This document shows, piece after piece, positions 1-8,390 of a stretch of DNA of 34,421 bases. The translations under genes and the position numbers were made by a program. Every line of letters starts with the position of its first letter. The first letter of the stretch is position 1. Below the pieces are notes generated by a model that was not told the origin of the DNA, did no database searches, and saw only the letters and a program-made list of their open reading frames with translations. Origin of the DNA: a virus (Duplodnaviria > Caudoviricetes). Location: IMG/VR virus record IMGVR_UViG_3300032212_000102, positions 1 to 34,421 of that record, one strand, 5' to 3'.

Positions 1-127
1 GATAAAGGCTATTTAAACAGATAGAAGGTAAATAGATATGAGTGTAACGGAACAGGCGGAAGCCGACGACATGCTTCTAAAACAAGCGCGTACCATTAAA
101 GAGCTACAGGACAAGCTATTTATTTTA
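1..127. repeat. Terminal direct repeat, copy 1 (likely assembly overlap of a circular contig)
   Basis: Identical to 34295..34421; 127 bp equals a common maximum assembler k-mer. Confidence 0.9.
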
Positions 128-226
128 GAAGAAAATTACAGGATATTGCACCATTATGCTTTTCGCAGTAATTGTTTATCCGGTGCAGATAACTTCAAGG
201 CCTATAAGGATGGGAAAGATGAGTGA
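38..226 (+). CDS. Hypothetical small phage protein
   Basis: ATG preceded by GAAGGT; overlaps the start of the next gene; coiled-coil-like. Confidence 0.6.
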   Translation: MSVTEQAEADDMLLKQARTIKELQDKLFILEENYRILHHYAFRSNCLSGADNFKAYKDGKDE

Positions 227-434
227 TAAATGGATAAGTGTTAAAGACGGTAAGCCTATGCTTGGTTTTTTACCCGATTCCGGTTCACTGCCCTGCCTTG
301 TTTCTGACGGTGAGTATTGGTGCGAAGGCTCTATGACTGCTATGGGTACTTGGTGTTACGACGAGAGCGTTATAGATGAAGTTCTTTATTTCATGGAGAT
401 TTATTTACCTTCTCCACCAAGCGAGGTTAAGTGA
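219..434 (+). CDS. DUF551-like small phage protein (start revised to 219)
   Basis: MSDKWISVKDGKP...YFMEIYLPSPP matches the WISVxDxxP...LPxPP pattern of DUF551 proteins. Confidence 0.7.
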   Translation: MSDKWISVKDGKPMLGFLPDSGSLPCLVSDGEYWCEGSMTAMGTWCYDESVIDEVLYFMEIYLPSPPSEVK

Positions 435-679
435 TGAGTGAAACTAAAGAAAAGATAATCAAGAATATAAAAGGTAATCCAGAACAATGTGCTAATGCTT
501 TTATAAAATTACAAGGCGAGTTTTTTAATCTTGAACAACAACTCCAAGCATCTCAGGTAGAGAATGAAAGGATGCGAGAGGCGTTAGGGAGAATTGTGAA
601 TAATAGCTGCTCGCTCGCTGCCGACTTCAATAAATGGCCTAGCACTATTGCCAAACAAGCCCTAACACCAAAGGAATGA
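431..679 (+). CDS. Hypothetical coiled-coil phage protein
   Basis: GAGG RBS; GTGA/ATGA overlaps with neighbours; ENERMREAL...IAKQAL ending typical of small phage early genes. Confidence 0.7.
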   Translation: MMSETKEKIIKNIKGNPEQCANAFIKLQGEFFNLEQQLQASQVENERMREALGRIVNNSCSLAADFNKWPSTIAKQALTPKE

Positions 680-999
680 TGATGAACACACAAGATATTA
701 AAAAGCTGGTTGATAAGGCTACTCAAGGTGAGTGGGAGGCGGATAGCTATGGTGTTTTTATTAGCGTATCTGAAACTGAGGCAAAGTCTATTGCTGATGT
801 GGGCAAGCCAGAGGATAGAAAGCTAATAGCCGCCGCCCCAACAATAGCCCATCAATACATAGAGCGTGAAGAAAGGCTGGTTAAATTGATTAATGGTTGG
901 CGCGATAAGGTTAAAGATTTTCATGATGAAGCTTATACGTATTGGCTAGCCGAATGCGCCGATGAATTAGAGACAATACTAAACAGGCGTGATTCTTAA
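676..999 (+). CDS. Ead/Ea22-like protein
   Basis: IKKLVDKATQGEW...LIAAAP pattern; AGGA RBS. Confidence 0.6.
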   Translation: MMMNTQDIKKLVDKATQGEWEADSYGVFISVSETEAKSIADVGKPEDRKLIAAAPTIAHQYIEREERLVKLINGWRDKVKDFHDEAYTYWLAECADELETILNRRDS

Positions 1000-1551
1000 T
1001 TGTTCCACGTACCCGGCCATCGGGTGGTCAATCGGCCCAGGGTTTCCGGGTATAACGGTGGCCTCTCTCGCATGGCCCCAGGGGCTTAATCCTGTTACCT
1101 GGTCTCCTTCTCGGGCAATTCTGTGACCCTTAATCTGACCGGCTATCTCAGCCAGGCCGCCCGAACAGCACCCAGGACAACCGAAAGTAGTCAGCTCATC
1201 CACTTTAAAGCCATAATGAGACCACAGAGAAGCGCCGTAGACGGCCGCAGCGCCGCCCAAACTATGCCCTGTAAAAACCACGGGCAAACTGTTTACGTAC
1301 AGCTCAGACAATACAGGGCGCAATGTGCGCTGGAAATAGCGCCAGAATCCAAAGTGAACCCATTGCTTTAGCTCTCCAGGCTTCCAGGGAAAGGCCAGAA
1401 TGTCATTGGCACCGTCCCAAATACCATTGGTTCCCGCATAAGCAATGACTAATCTACCATCAATTTCTCTTATCAGGACGGACGCATTACCTATTTTAAT
1501 CGTGGGCATATCATAGGCATCAAGGGAGGCCTGGGCCAGCTTGATAGTCAT
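979..1551 (-). CDS. Class 3 lipase / alpha-beta hydrolase
   Basis: VIAYAGT, VHFGF, nucleophile elbow FTGHSLGG, TFGCP, GDQV and C-terminal DH. Confidence 0.9.
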   Translation of the reverse strand: MTIKLAQASLDAYDMPTIKIGNASVLIREIDGRLVIAYAGTNGIWDGANDILAFPWKPGELKQWVHFGFWRYFQRTLRPVLSELYVNSLPVVFTGHSLGGAAAVYGASLWSHYGFKVDELTTFGCPGCCSGGLAEIAGQIKGHRIAREGDQVTGLSPWGHAREATVIPGNPGPIDHPMAGYVEQLRITPV

Positions 1552-1940
1552 TTGACTAGCTCGAAGTGAACCAGGTCCATAAAGGTCTGGTCGTTTAAAT
1601 CATTATCAGAGTCCCAATCCCCTCCCCAACGAACCTCAATACCAAGGCTTGCTGCGACACCTTTCACAATACCGGCAAAATAATAGAACCGCTTTGTATC
1701 GTTCCAATCAATCGGATAAGGACCAGCATCGACCGCCTCGCTGGGCTTCTGGTTGTGTTTGCTATCAGGGTATTTGACCTTGGATTTTCCAGTGCGGTAA
1801 TACTCGTCCTGTTTCTCTTGGCCTCTGAACCCTTCCAGGATTGTGCAATCGTGTATCTGTAGGACGTGGTTAAACACTTCCTGTAAATCATGGTCACAGG
1901 TTAATAGGGCATCCTGAGATTGACGACTAAACTTATTCAT
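1548..1940 (-). CDS. Endolysin, M15-family (L-Ala-D-Glu) peptidase
   Basis: EGFR..EKQ, SKHN...AVD, WGGDW and DLVHFEL zinc-peptidase motifs. Confidence 0.92.
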   Translation of the reverse strand: MNKFSRQSQDALLTCDHDLQEVFNHVLQIHDCTILEGFRGQEKQDEYYRTGKSKVKYPDSKHNQKPSEAVDAGPYPIDWNDTKRFYYFAGIVKGVAASLGIEVRWGGDWDSDNDLNDQTFMDLVHFELVK

Positions 1941-2239
1941 TTATCCATCATCTTGTCGATACGCTCATGAACGTCCTTTATATCGCTGCGCGTATCGTCG
2001 CGGAGATTTTTGTGCAAATTCTCCTGCTTTTCCCCCAGCTCATGTATGTCTCGTCTGAGGCTGCCGAGAGTCTGATTGAATGTGTCGGTTTCAACCGTAT
2101 TTTTCTCCAGGTCATCGACCTTTTTAACTAGCCGCTTACCGTTCCAAACAATCAAACCCATCAGGGCAAACCACACAAACTTTAACCCATCGTATGCGGC
2201 ATGTGCCGCTGTTGCTATCACTGAGCCTGAGCCGTCCAT
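1937..2239 (-). CDS. Putative holin-like membrane protein
   Basis: One hydrophobic segment (FVWFALMGLIVW) then coiled coil; ATGA overlap with the endolysin. Confidence 0.55.
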   Translation of the reverse strand: MDGSGSVIATAAHAAYDGLKFVWFALMGLIVWNGKRLVKKVDDLEKNTVETDTFNQTLGSLRRDIHELGEKQENLHKNLRDDTRSDIKDVHERIDKMMDK

Positions 2240-2249
2240 TTTTTGTTCC

Positions 2250-3614
2250 TTATTGGTATTGAATGTTTATCGAGCCACCGTCGAAATTTCCGCCGCTGAC
2301 CGCCACGCTAAGCTGTGTAAATTCACCAGACAATTCTTTGCGTCCTGTACAGTGAGACACATTAGAGTTTTGCTCGTCGCCTATATTGCCCTCAAGTATC
2401 CAGTGGTTGCCGTCCTCATTTGTCAGGGTTATAGAGCCGTTATAAGTAGGTGTCGCCTTACTTGGTGTAATGGCAAAATACGCCGTAATAGCCAGGCCAA
2501 GCACTTCACAGGTATTAGTGCCCGTAATGGTAGAGGTTCGGCTTGTATAGCCTGACGTTTCAAGACCGCCGCTATCGCCAATAGTGAGCTGTAATCCATT
2601 CGTTGAATCAAGTGAAACCGCGTTAAATGAAATGGTTATTTTCTTAGTTCCAGATGGTGCGCCACTAAAAGTTTTAGAGGTGCCGGATGCTGTGGATTGA
2701 GCTGTATCATTCGTAGGCTTTCCCGCCGTGATGGCTTCACCCGATGCGAGAGCGTATCCAGTACAGCGCCAATCACCGGAGGCGTACTCTGTGAACTCGA
2801 ACTCATCGCCAGCCGAAGTCGTGTAATTTGCAGCACCCGGTATAATTAAATCAGTGGCATGGTGGGTCAGGGTAACGGCATCATCAAAGTGCAGCGTAAT
2901 GACTGTGCCCACTACGCCTGTGGTCGAAATCGAGGTTATTGTGGTGGTGCCGGTCACATCAAAATAATTACCGTCTGCGCCTATAGCGAGCGCAGTAGCT
3001 GAGGCTATGTCTGTGCCTTTGCTTTGCCTTATTGGTTGCGAATTACAGTCAAGCGGGCCGCCTAATTGTGGCGTGACATCCTCGACCAAATTACCAATAG
3101 CACCGGCCGCACCCTCGGGGGTGCCCCATAAAAGCTGAGTCCCGTCAGTGGTCAGGTATTTATCATTAACCAGTATTGGCAAGTTAAGACTACCGGCAGC
3201 CGAGGTCACTTGCGTTTTTAAACACAAATTAGCAATATCTGATTCAACCTGCTGAACCATCATGATTAACTTATCAAGGTCATCATTAAATGATTCGGAT
3301 GCCAGGTCTCCCAGGTTCTGATAGTCGCTGACTCGCTTAACAGCCAGGTCCCGCTCAATGGTAATAATGTCGCCAGCCGCTGCACCCGTTACCAGGACAA
3401 CATCACCGCCACCAGACACGCCAGCATTTGTAACTGTGTAGTTAGTGGTTAGGGTTAAAATATCAGTATCATCGTCAGGGTCTGCGCCTGACAGGGTTTG
3501 ATAGACCTTTAAATCCGCGTCCTCAAATATCTCAAAAGGATAAGCGAACGTGGTTTGTGATGCGCTCGCGGTATATTGAACGCGCGGCGTGGTGTCATTA
3601 ACTAAAAGACTCAC
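2250..3614 (-). CDS. Tail fibre protein with T7 gp17-like N-terminal adaptor
   Basis: PRVQYTASASQTTFAYPF...DLDKLIMMVQQ N-terminus; Thr/Gly/Ser-rich body; last structural gene. Confidence 0.88.
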   Translation of the reverse strand: MSLLVNDTTPRVQYTASASQTTFAYPFEIFEDADLKVYQTLSGADPDDDTDILTLTTNYTVTNAGVSGGGDVVLVTGAAAGDIITIERDLAVKRVSDYQNLGDLASESFNDDLDKLIMMVQQVESDIANLCLKTQVTSAAGSLNLPILVNDKYLTTDGTQLLWGTPEGAAGAIGNLVEDVTPQLGGPLDCNSQPIRQSKGTDIASATALAIGADGNYFDVTGTTTITSISTTGVVGTVITLHFDDAVTLTHHATDLIIPGAANYTTSAGDEFEFTEYASGDWRCTGYALASGEAITAGKPTNDTAQSTASGTSKTFSGAPSGTKKITISFNAVSLDSTNGLQLTIGDSGGLETSGYTSRTSTITGTNTCEVLGLAITAYFAITPSKATPTYNGSITLTNEDGNHWILEGNIGDEQNSNVSHCTGRKELSGEFTQLSVAVSGGNFDGGSINIQYQ

Positions 3615-4123
3615 GATAAACCTCCAAGGCCATGATTATTATGAAACCCAAACTCTAAATTAGCTTTTTCTCTTGCCTCTTTGGCCTTATTTATGTCGCT
3701 AAAATACCCAAGATTTTTTGTTTTTCCTTTTATCTTTATACAAGCAAGCCATTTGTTGGCCTGCTTTGCCCAACTTACACCCAAGACGCCGCTTGTATTA
3801 TTCTTTGCAAGACTTAGATTTTTTTGGTTTTCTTTGCTTGTTACGTTCCTTAAATTAACCCATCTGTTATCGCTTTTAATGTGGTTAATATGGTCAATAT
3901 GCTTAGGCCATTCGCCTGTAACATAGAGCCAAGCCAATCGGTGCGCGGTGTATTTTTTACTATCCACCATTATTTGCGGGTAAAGGTTTTTTTCTTTTTT
4001 GCCAATAATTGCGCCCTTTAATGACCTGGAGGAAGTGGTTACAAGCCTTTTAAATAAACCAGTTTCAGAGTTATATTCAAGCAACTCCATAAGTCTTGTT
4101 TGCGTTAGCTCTTTATCAGACAT
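3611..4123 (-). CDS. HNH homing endonuclease with AP2-like C-terminus
   Basis: AHRLAWLY, IDHINHIKSDNRWVNLR, NTSGVLGVSW, LGYF motifs. Confidence 0.92.
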   Translation of the reverse strand: MSDKELTQTRLMELLEYNSETGLFKRLVTTSSRSLKGAIIGKKEKNLYPQIMVDSKKYTAHRLAWLYVTGEWPKHIDHINHIKSDNRWVNLRNVTSKENQKNLSLAKNNTSGVLGVSWAKQANKWLACIKIKGKTKNLGYFSDINKAKEAREKANLEFGFHNNHGLGGLS

Positions 4124-6909
4124 TATTCATCCTCCAGTAATTCTTGCTGCTCAGGTTCAAGGGCTTCGACGCCAAACATGAGTGATTCTTTTTTAGCTCT
4201 GCGAGTCTGTAGCCTCAATCTCAAATCGTCGTTTTCATCTTCAAGCTCAAGGCGCGCCCACTTGTCGAAATTCTTTTGCACGTCCTTTAGCAAAGTGGCT
4301 TGCATATCAGGAGTGCCATCCTCGTAAATCGGACTGTTTATGGTTGACTCCAGGGCCTGATAAAAGGTCTCGCCTTCGCCGTTCTCTACCGTCTTACGAG
4401 ACAGGACCATCAAATCATAATATTCCCTGGTCGAAAGCTTTACGCCGTCAATACGTCTTGATGGGCGGGTTACTGGAACAGTGCGTGATTCGTTCATTAC
4501 CCGGACCACCTCAAGCTTTACTTCATCGCTGGTCTGAGTCGAATCAGGGAAAGGACTCATGATGCCTAACAAGCTTCCGGCCGGATGATATCTAGGGTCT
4601 CCGTATATATCCAGGTTAGCCGGTACATCATCAATATAACCTGGAAAGCCCGAGTTTCGCTTCATCTTCTCGGTCAAGGTCCAGGCTGTTCGGGCATAAG
4701 GGTCTGATATTTTGCTAATGTCGCGGCGCATACCTGAGAACGGAATTTGTGCCGTTAGCATATTTTGGCCCCATGTTTTTGCATAGCGTCCTGGGTCATC
4801 CATCATATGGGTAAAATCAGCAAGGCCCTGCAAAAAGGTCTTGTTCATGGTGTTTTCAGCAATGGCCGCAATGACGGCTGTAGATATTTCAGTTACGCGC
4901 TCATCATCCGTATCAAGCTCATCATCGCCATAGTTTTGAATTTCCACCATATCGGCAACCGCACCAATAACATAAGCTAGCGGCTCAGCGCGCTGGTAAC
5001 TCTGGTATGTTCTTTTTCCGGTGAACGGGTTTGTGTAAACGATTGAATAAGGCCGCCAGCCTATCGCCTCTAACGCTTCCCGCGCCCGTGGATTGGAAGG
5101 GCCACCGCCAGTAATCTGACCATTAGCGGCATACTGGCTAATAGATGCGGCAGTAAGGCTTCCCATTGAAACGCGAGCAAGGGCCATATCACGGGCTGCA
5201 CCTCCGGCGGCTAAGTCCTGGTGAAATTTACGGGTAAAAACGGCAATCGGGCTGCGCTCTAATATACCCGCCTTAAAGATATTAACAGGCGTACGAATAA
5301 ACGGCGCAATGAATCGAGCGCCTGGTGTTTTGTTAATGGCTTTCTGCCACGCTCTGCCTGTCTCACCTAATGGGTTTTGAAAAGTATTATACAGGGCTGC
5401 GGCCTGGGCTTCATCAATCGCCTGTTGTGGCGGGTTACGCATGAACTCTTGTATAACCTTGGCGGCATCATCAGGGTTTCCTGATAGGGACGTTACCCGG
5501 TCGGCTTCACGGTATGCTTGCCTTGCTAAATCGCCGTTGCGGGCAAAGACTTTAAACATTTCATCAACCGGCAACATAATGCGCTCAGTCGGGAACCGGA
5601 TAATAGTACCCAATAAATCAACCGCCCGGCCCATTGTGCCTGACATTTCCAGGTTATCAGCCGAGATAGCTTTATTCACTGTGCCCTCGAACTTCATCAC
5701 CTGGTCAGATGGCTCGCCTTTCACAAATGCGGTGCGGGCTGCTTTTAAGGCTTGACGCCAGGAGTACATGGCACCATACATATGGGCAGATGCCTCACCG
5801 ACTGCCACGCCTTCCTCGGTCCGCAAGAATCGACCGATACGGGCGGCTACTGCTGTCTCCGCAATATTCATACCCTGGAATAGCGCATTGCCAGACGTGT
5901 TAATAATATGAGTTTTTACGCCAGATAGAATCGAATTAATGAAATTCTCAATCAATGCTGACTGTACTTTTTCCATGCGGGATGATTTGGTTAGCTTATT
6001 AAGGCCTTCGATAGAATCAACATGCTCAAGCTGCTGGGCTGTTTTCATCAAATCATCAGCGCCGCCTGTGGTTTCCACAAGCTCGGCAACACGGGCAATA
6101 TCACGCGGATTGGTGCCGGTCGGGATGCCGAACGCATTTAACGAGCGGCCAGCCTCAGCACGGGCACCCATTAACTGGGCCTGATACTCGCGGTGAAAAT
6201 CAAGCTGGCGCCGAAACTGTAGCTGTTCAATTTGTGACGCCTCACCACCTCTTACTTTTTGAGCTAGGTCAAGGATTCGCTTCGCGCTTGATGCTAGCAC
6301 TTGACGGGATGCCAGGATAACTTCCGGCCCAAAGGCCTCACCGGCCTGACGCCGCAACACGGTTTCAATCACCTCCTCATCAGTCCCAAGCTCATCAGCC
6401 AGGGTCTGCAATTGGTCTCTGGAGATTTTGCCACGGCGCGCCTGGTTAATAGCGCCCTTGTTATCCTCGGCCACCTGACCGATAACCGACTTAATATCAT
6501 CGGTGGTATCAATCTGGTCAAAGTTAATTTGATGGTCATCAAGCTGGTTATAATTCTTAAAGTCCAAATCCAGTACGCTGTCAGCTCGCTCCTGTAATCC
6601 TTCCTGGACCGCCTCTTTTTGAGTGACCTCCTTGGATAGCTCTTTTTTGGTGCGGTATAGCGGGGCTTTTGTAACTGTCTTTTTCCCCAGCTCCTCAGCG
6701 CCTTGCCTAAATAGCTCTTTTAAAAATGGCGTAGCGCCGCCGGCCACCTTTTCCTGTTGGCCGGTCTCAGCAGTGAACGGGGTAGGCTCGACACCTTCCC
6801 GGCTTTCGGGCTGCGCCTCCAGTGGGTCATCAGTTACATTACCCATAATCTGGACCTGAACGCCGTCCTTAAAGTCTGTCTGTGATACTACTCCGCGCTT
6901 ATTTGCCAC
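4123..6909 (-). CDS. Large internal virion (ejection) protein, T7 gp16-analogous, probably the C-terminal portion
   Basis: 928 aa, helical and Ala-rich; INSILSG..TH..N, PFIRTPVNI, GQITGGGP...GWRPYS and NKTFLQG motifs recalled from podophage internal virion proteins; lies before the tail fibre. Confidence 0.75.
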   Translation of the reverse strand: MANKRGVVSQTDFKDGVQVQIMGNVTDDPLEAQPESREGVEPTPFTAETGQQEKVAGGATPFLKELFRQGAEELGKKTVTKAPLYRTKKELSKEVTQKEAVQEGLQERADSVLDLDFKNYNQLDDHQINFDQIDTTDDIKSVIGQVAEDNKGAINQARRGKISRDQLQTLADELGTDEEVIETVLRRQAGEAFGPEVILASRQVLASSAKRILDLAQKVRGGEASQIEQLQFRRQLDFHREYQAQLMGARAEAGRSLNAFGIPTGTNPRDIARVAELVETTGGADDLMKTAQQLEHVDSIEGLNKLTKSSRMEKVQSALIENFINSILSGVKTHIINTSGNALFQGMNIAETAVAARIGRFLRTEEGVAVGEASAHMYGAMYSWRQALKAARTAFVKGEPSDQVMKFEGTVNKAISADNLEMSGTMGRAVDLLGTIIRFPTERIMLPVDEMFKVFARNGDLARQAYREADRVTSLSGNPDDAAKVIQEFMRNPPQQAIDEAQAAALYNTFQNPLGETGRAWQKAINKTPGARFIAPFIRTPVNIFKAGILERSPIAVFTRKFHQDLAAGGAARDMALARVSMGSLTAASISQYAANGQITGGGPSNPRAREALEAIGWRPYSIVYTNPFTGKRTYQSYQRAEPLAYVIGAVADMVEIQNYGDDELDTDDERVTEISTAVIAAIAENTMNKTFLQGLADFTHMMDDPGRYAKTWGQNMLTAQIPFSGMRRDISKISDPYARTAWTLTEKMKRNSGFPGYIDDVPANLDIYGDPRYHPAGSLLGIMSPFPDSTQTSDEVKLEVVRVMNESRTVPVTRPSRRIDGVKLSTREYYDLMVLSRKTVENGEGETFYQALESTINSPIYEDGTPDMQATLLKDVQKNFDKWARLELEDENDDLRLRLQTRRAKKESLMFGVEALEPEQQELLEDE

Positions 6910-7087
6910 GTTGCATCCTCGTTAATAAATCATCACGGCCATCCATAGCCTCAGTTAGCATGATGGTCAACGCCTCACTTGCGGCATCGTCCTGGCTCAT
7001 ACCATCATTTTTTACCAGGTCGCTCATAATTGACTTGGCTTCCTCTCTATCCTCTTTGGATAGTTTTCTAAATGCTTTCGTAATCAT
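6899..7087 (-). CDS. Hypothetical protein
   Basis: GGAG RBS; overlaps both neighbours in the operon. Confidence 0.7.
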   Translation of the reverse strand: MITKAFRKLSKEDREEAKSIMSDLVKNDGMSQDDAASEALTIMLTEAMDGRDDLLTRMQRGK

Positions 7088-7446
7088 ACGGCTCCTGATT
7101 CGTACATAGCCATAATAATAGCTATTAACTCATCATCCTCCTTTTTACGTTTGGCGATAATGCCATCAACACCGTAATAGCCTGGAGTATGCTCATCAAC
7201 CTCCTCAGCCACTTCGACCGGAGTTAAGTGCCTGAACTCCAGCCTGTTGTCATATCTGACCTGGTATCGGTGAATACCTGGGGAAACAGCAGTGACAACC
7301 GGCGTAACATGCCTAAATTCAAGCTTATGACTCGGCGTTACATTGGCCTGTTTGACATAATTAACGGCAGGGGCGGCAACAGCAGTAACAAAGGTCGCTG
7401 CTATCGCGCTAGTTACTAGACCCTTTCTACCCCATCGAATAATCAT
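7084..7446 (-). CDS. Hypothetical protein (start revised to 7446)
   Basis: ATGA overlap with the upstream stop; internal repeat LEFRHVTPV/LEFRHLTPV; C-terminal EDDELIAII. Confidence 0.65.
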   Translation of the reverse strand: MIIRWGRKGLVTSAIAATFVTAVAAPAVNYVKQANVTPSHKLEFRHVTPVVTAVSPGIHRYQVRYDNRLEFRHLTPVEVAEEVDEHTPGYYGVDGIIAKRKKEDDELIAIIMAMYESGAV

Positions 7447-8390
7447 GAGCGTGTAATCACCGAAATAATTGTGTCGTCGCAATCTGTTGCTGAGAATTTA
7501 TAGGTAATTTTATCGCCGTTGGTATCGGCTGCGGTCATGTCAATTTGGTAAACGCCATCGCTGACCTCGGCAATCGTGCCATTAGTGCTGACAAATGCAG
7601 CGCCGTCGATGCTCATTTCACCCGTCACTGTTTTAGATGTGGCTGCGGTATAATGGTCTGAGGTAAGCACCATCGGGAACTCGAAATTGTCACAACCAGC
7701 GTTTTTAACGATGCCAGCAGGTTCTGTTAATGCTGCGATAGACGCCGGTAAAGTCGTTCCGGTATCGACCAGAATATCATCCACAATGCCGTCTATGATG
7801 TCTTGTTTGGCTTCCGTTGCCGCGTTATCAGTGCCGCGCATATCTGTATTGGTGGTTGTGGTCGCTACAAGGGTGACATTATCAATAGCACCCGCTGTGG
7901 TATTGATTGATGCCTCGGCCATACGAGAATCAACTGCGGTCTTGATAGCCCCTAGTCCGTCTGTAGCGTTGGAAAGGTCTGTTTGTATACCATCCACAAC
8001 TGTGTCAACCGTTGCGAGCGCCGCTGCTGTGGCGAGTGCTGCGTCTGTAATAGCAGTATCACATTGAGCGTTTACGTCTGCTGCTGATACGTTCTCAAGT
8101 CCTAAGTCTGCCGTAGTCGGGTCGAAGCTAACAGGCCATACATTAACGGTCTGAGATACCGCTCCTGTTAGAACTTGAGTAAAGGCTACATGGTCGCCGT
8201 TAGTCTCTGCTTGTGCTGGTACGTAAGACCATTGGCCGTTGCCTTCATGGGCAGAAGTGCCTGCACCTGTGCCTTGTGTACCGCCGTCTATAGTGTAGTA
8301 AACGGTTGGGGTTCCGGTAGTGACATCAGAACCATCTGTTGTGCTAATGGCCTGAAATGATACGGTTTGACTTGCTACATTTTTACGCAT
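7443..8390 (-). CDS. Putative virion structural protein with two similar beta-rich end domains
   Basis: N-terminal (KNVASQ...EGNGQWSY...AETNGD) and C-terminal (KNAGCD...VSDGVYQ...ADTNGD) segments resemble each other; Thr/Ala/Asp-rich linker. Confidence 0.65.
   Translation of the reverse strand: MRKNVASQTVSFQAISTTDGSDVTTGTPTVYYTIDGGTQGTGAGTSAHEGNGQWSYVPAQAETNGDHVAFTQVLTGAVSQTVNVWPVSFDPTTADLGLENVSAADVNAQCDTAITDAALATAAALATVDTVVDGIQTDLSNATDGLGAIKTAVDSRMAEASINTTAGAIDNVTLVATTTTNTDMRGTDNAATEAKQDIIDGIVDDILVDTGTTLPASIAALTEPAGIVKNAGCDNFEFPMVLTSDHYTAATSKTVTGEMSIDGAAFVSTNGTIAEVSDGVYQIDMTAADTNGDKITYKFSATDCDDTIISVITRS

Noticed and set aside
3611-4123. HNH genes as group I intron-encoded
   Set aside because: Both lie between intact genes with direct overlaps, leaving no room for an intron core.
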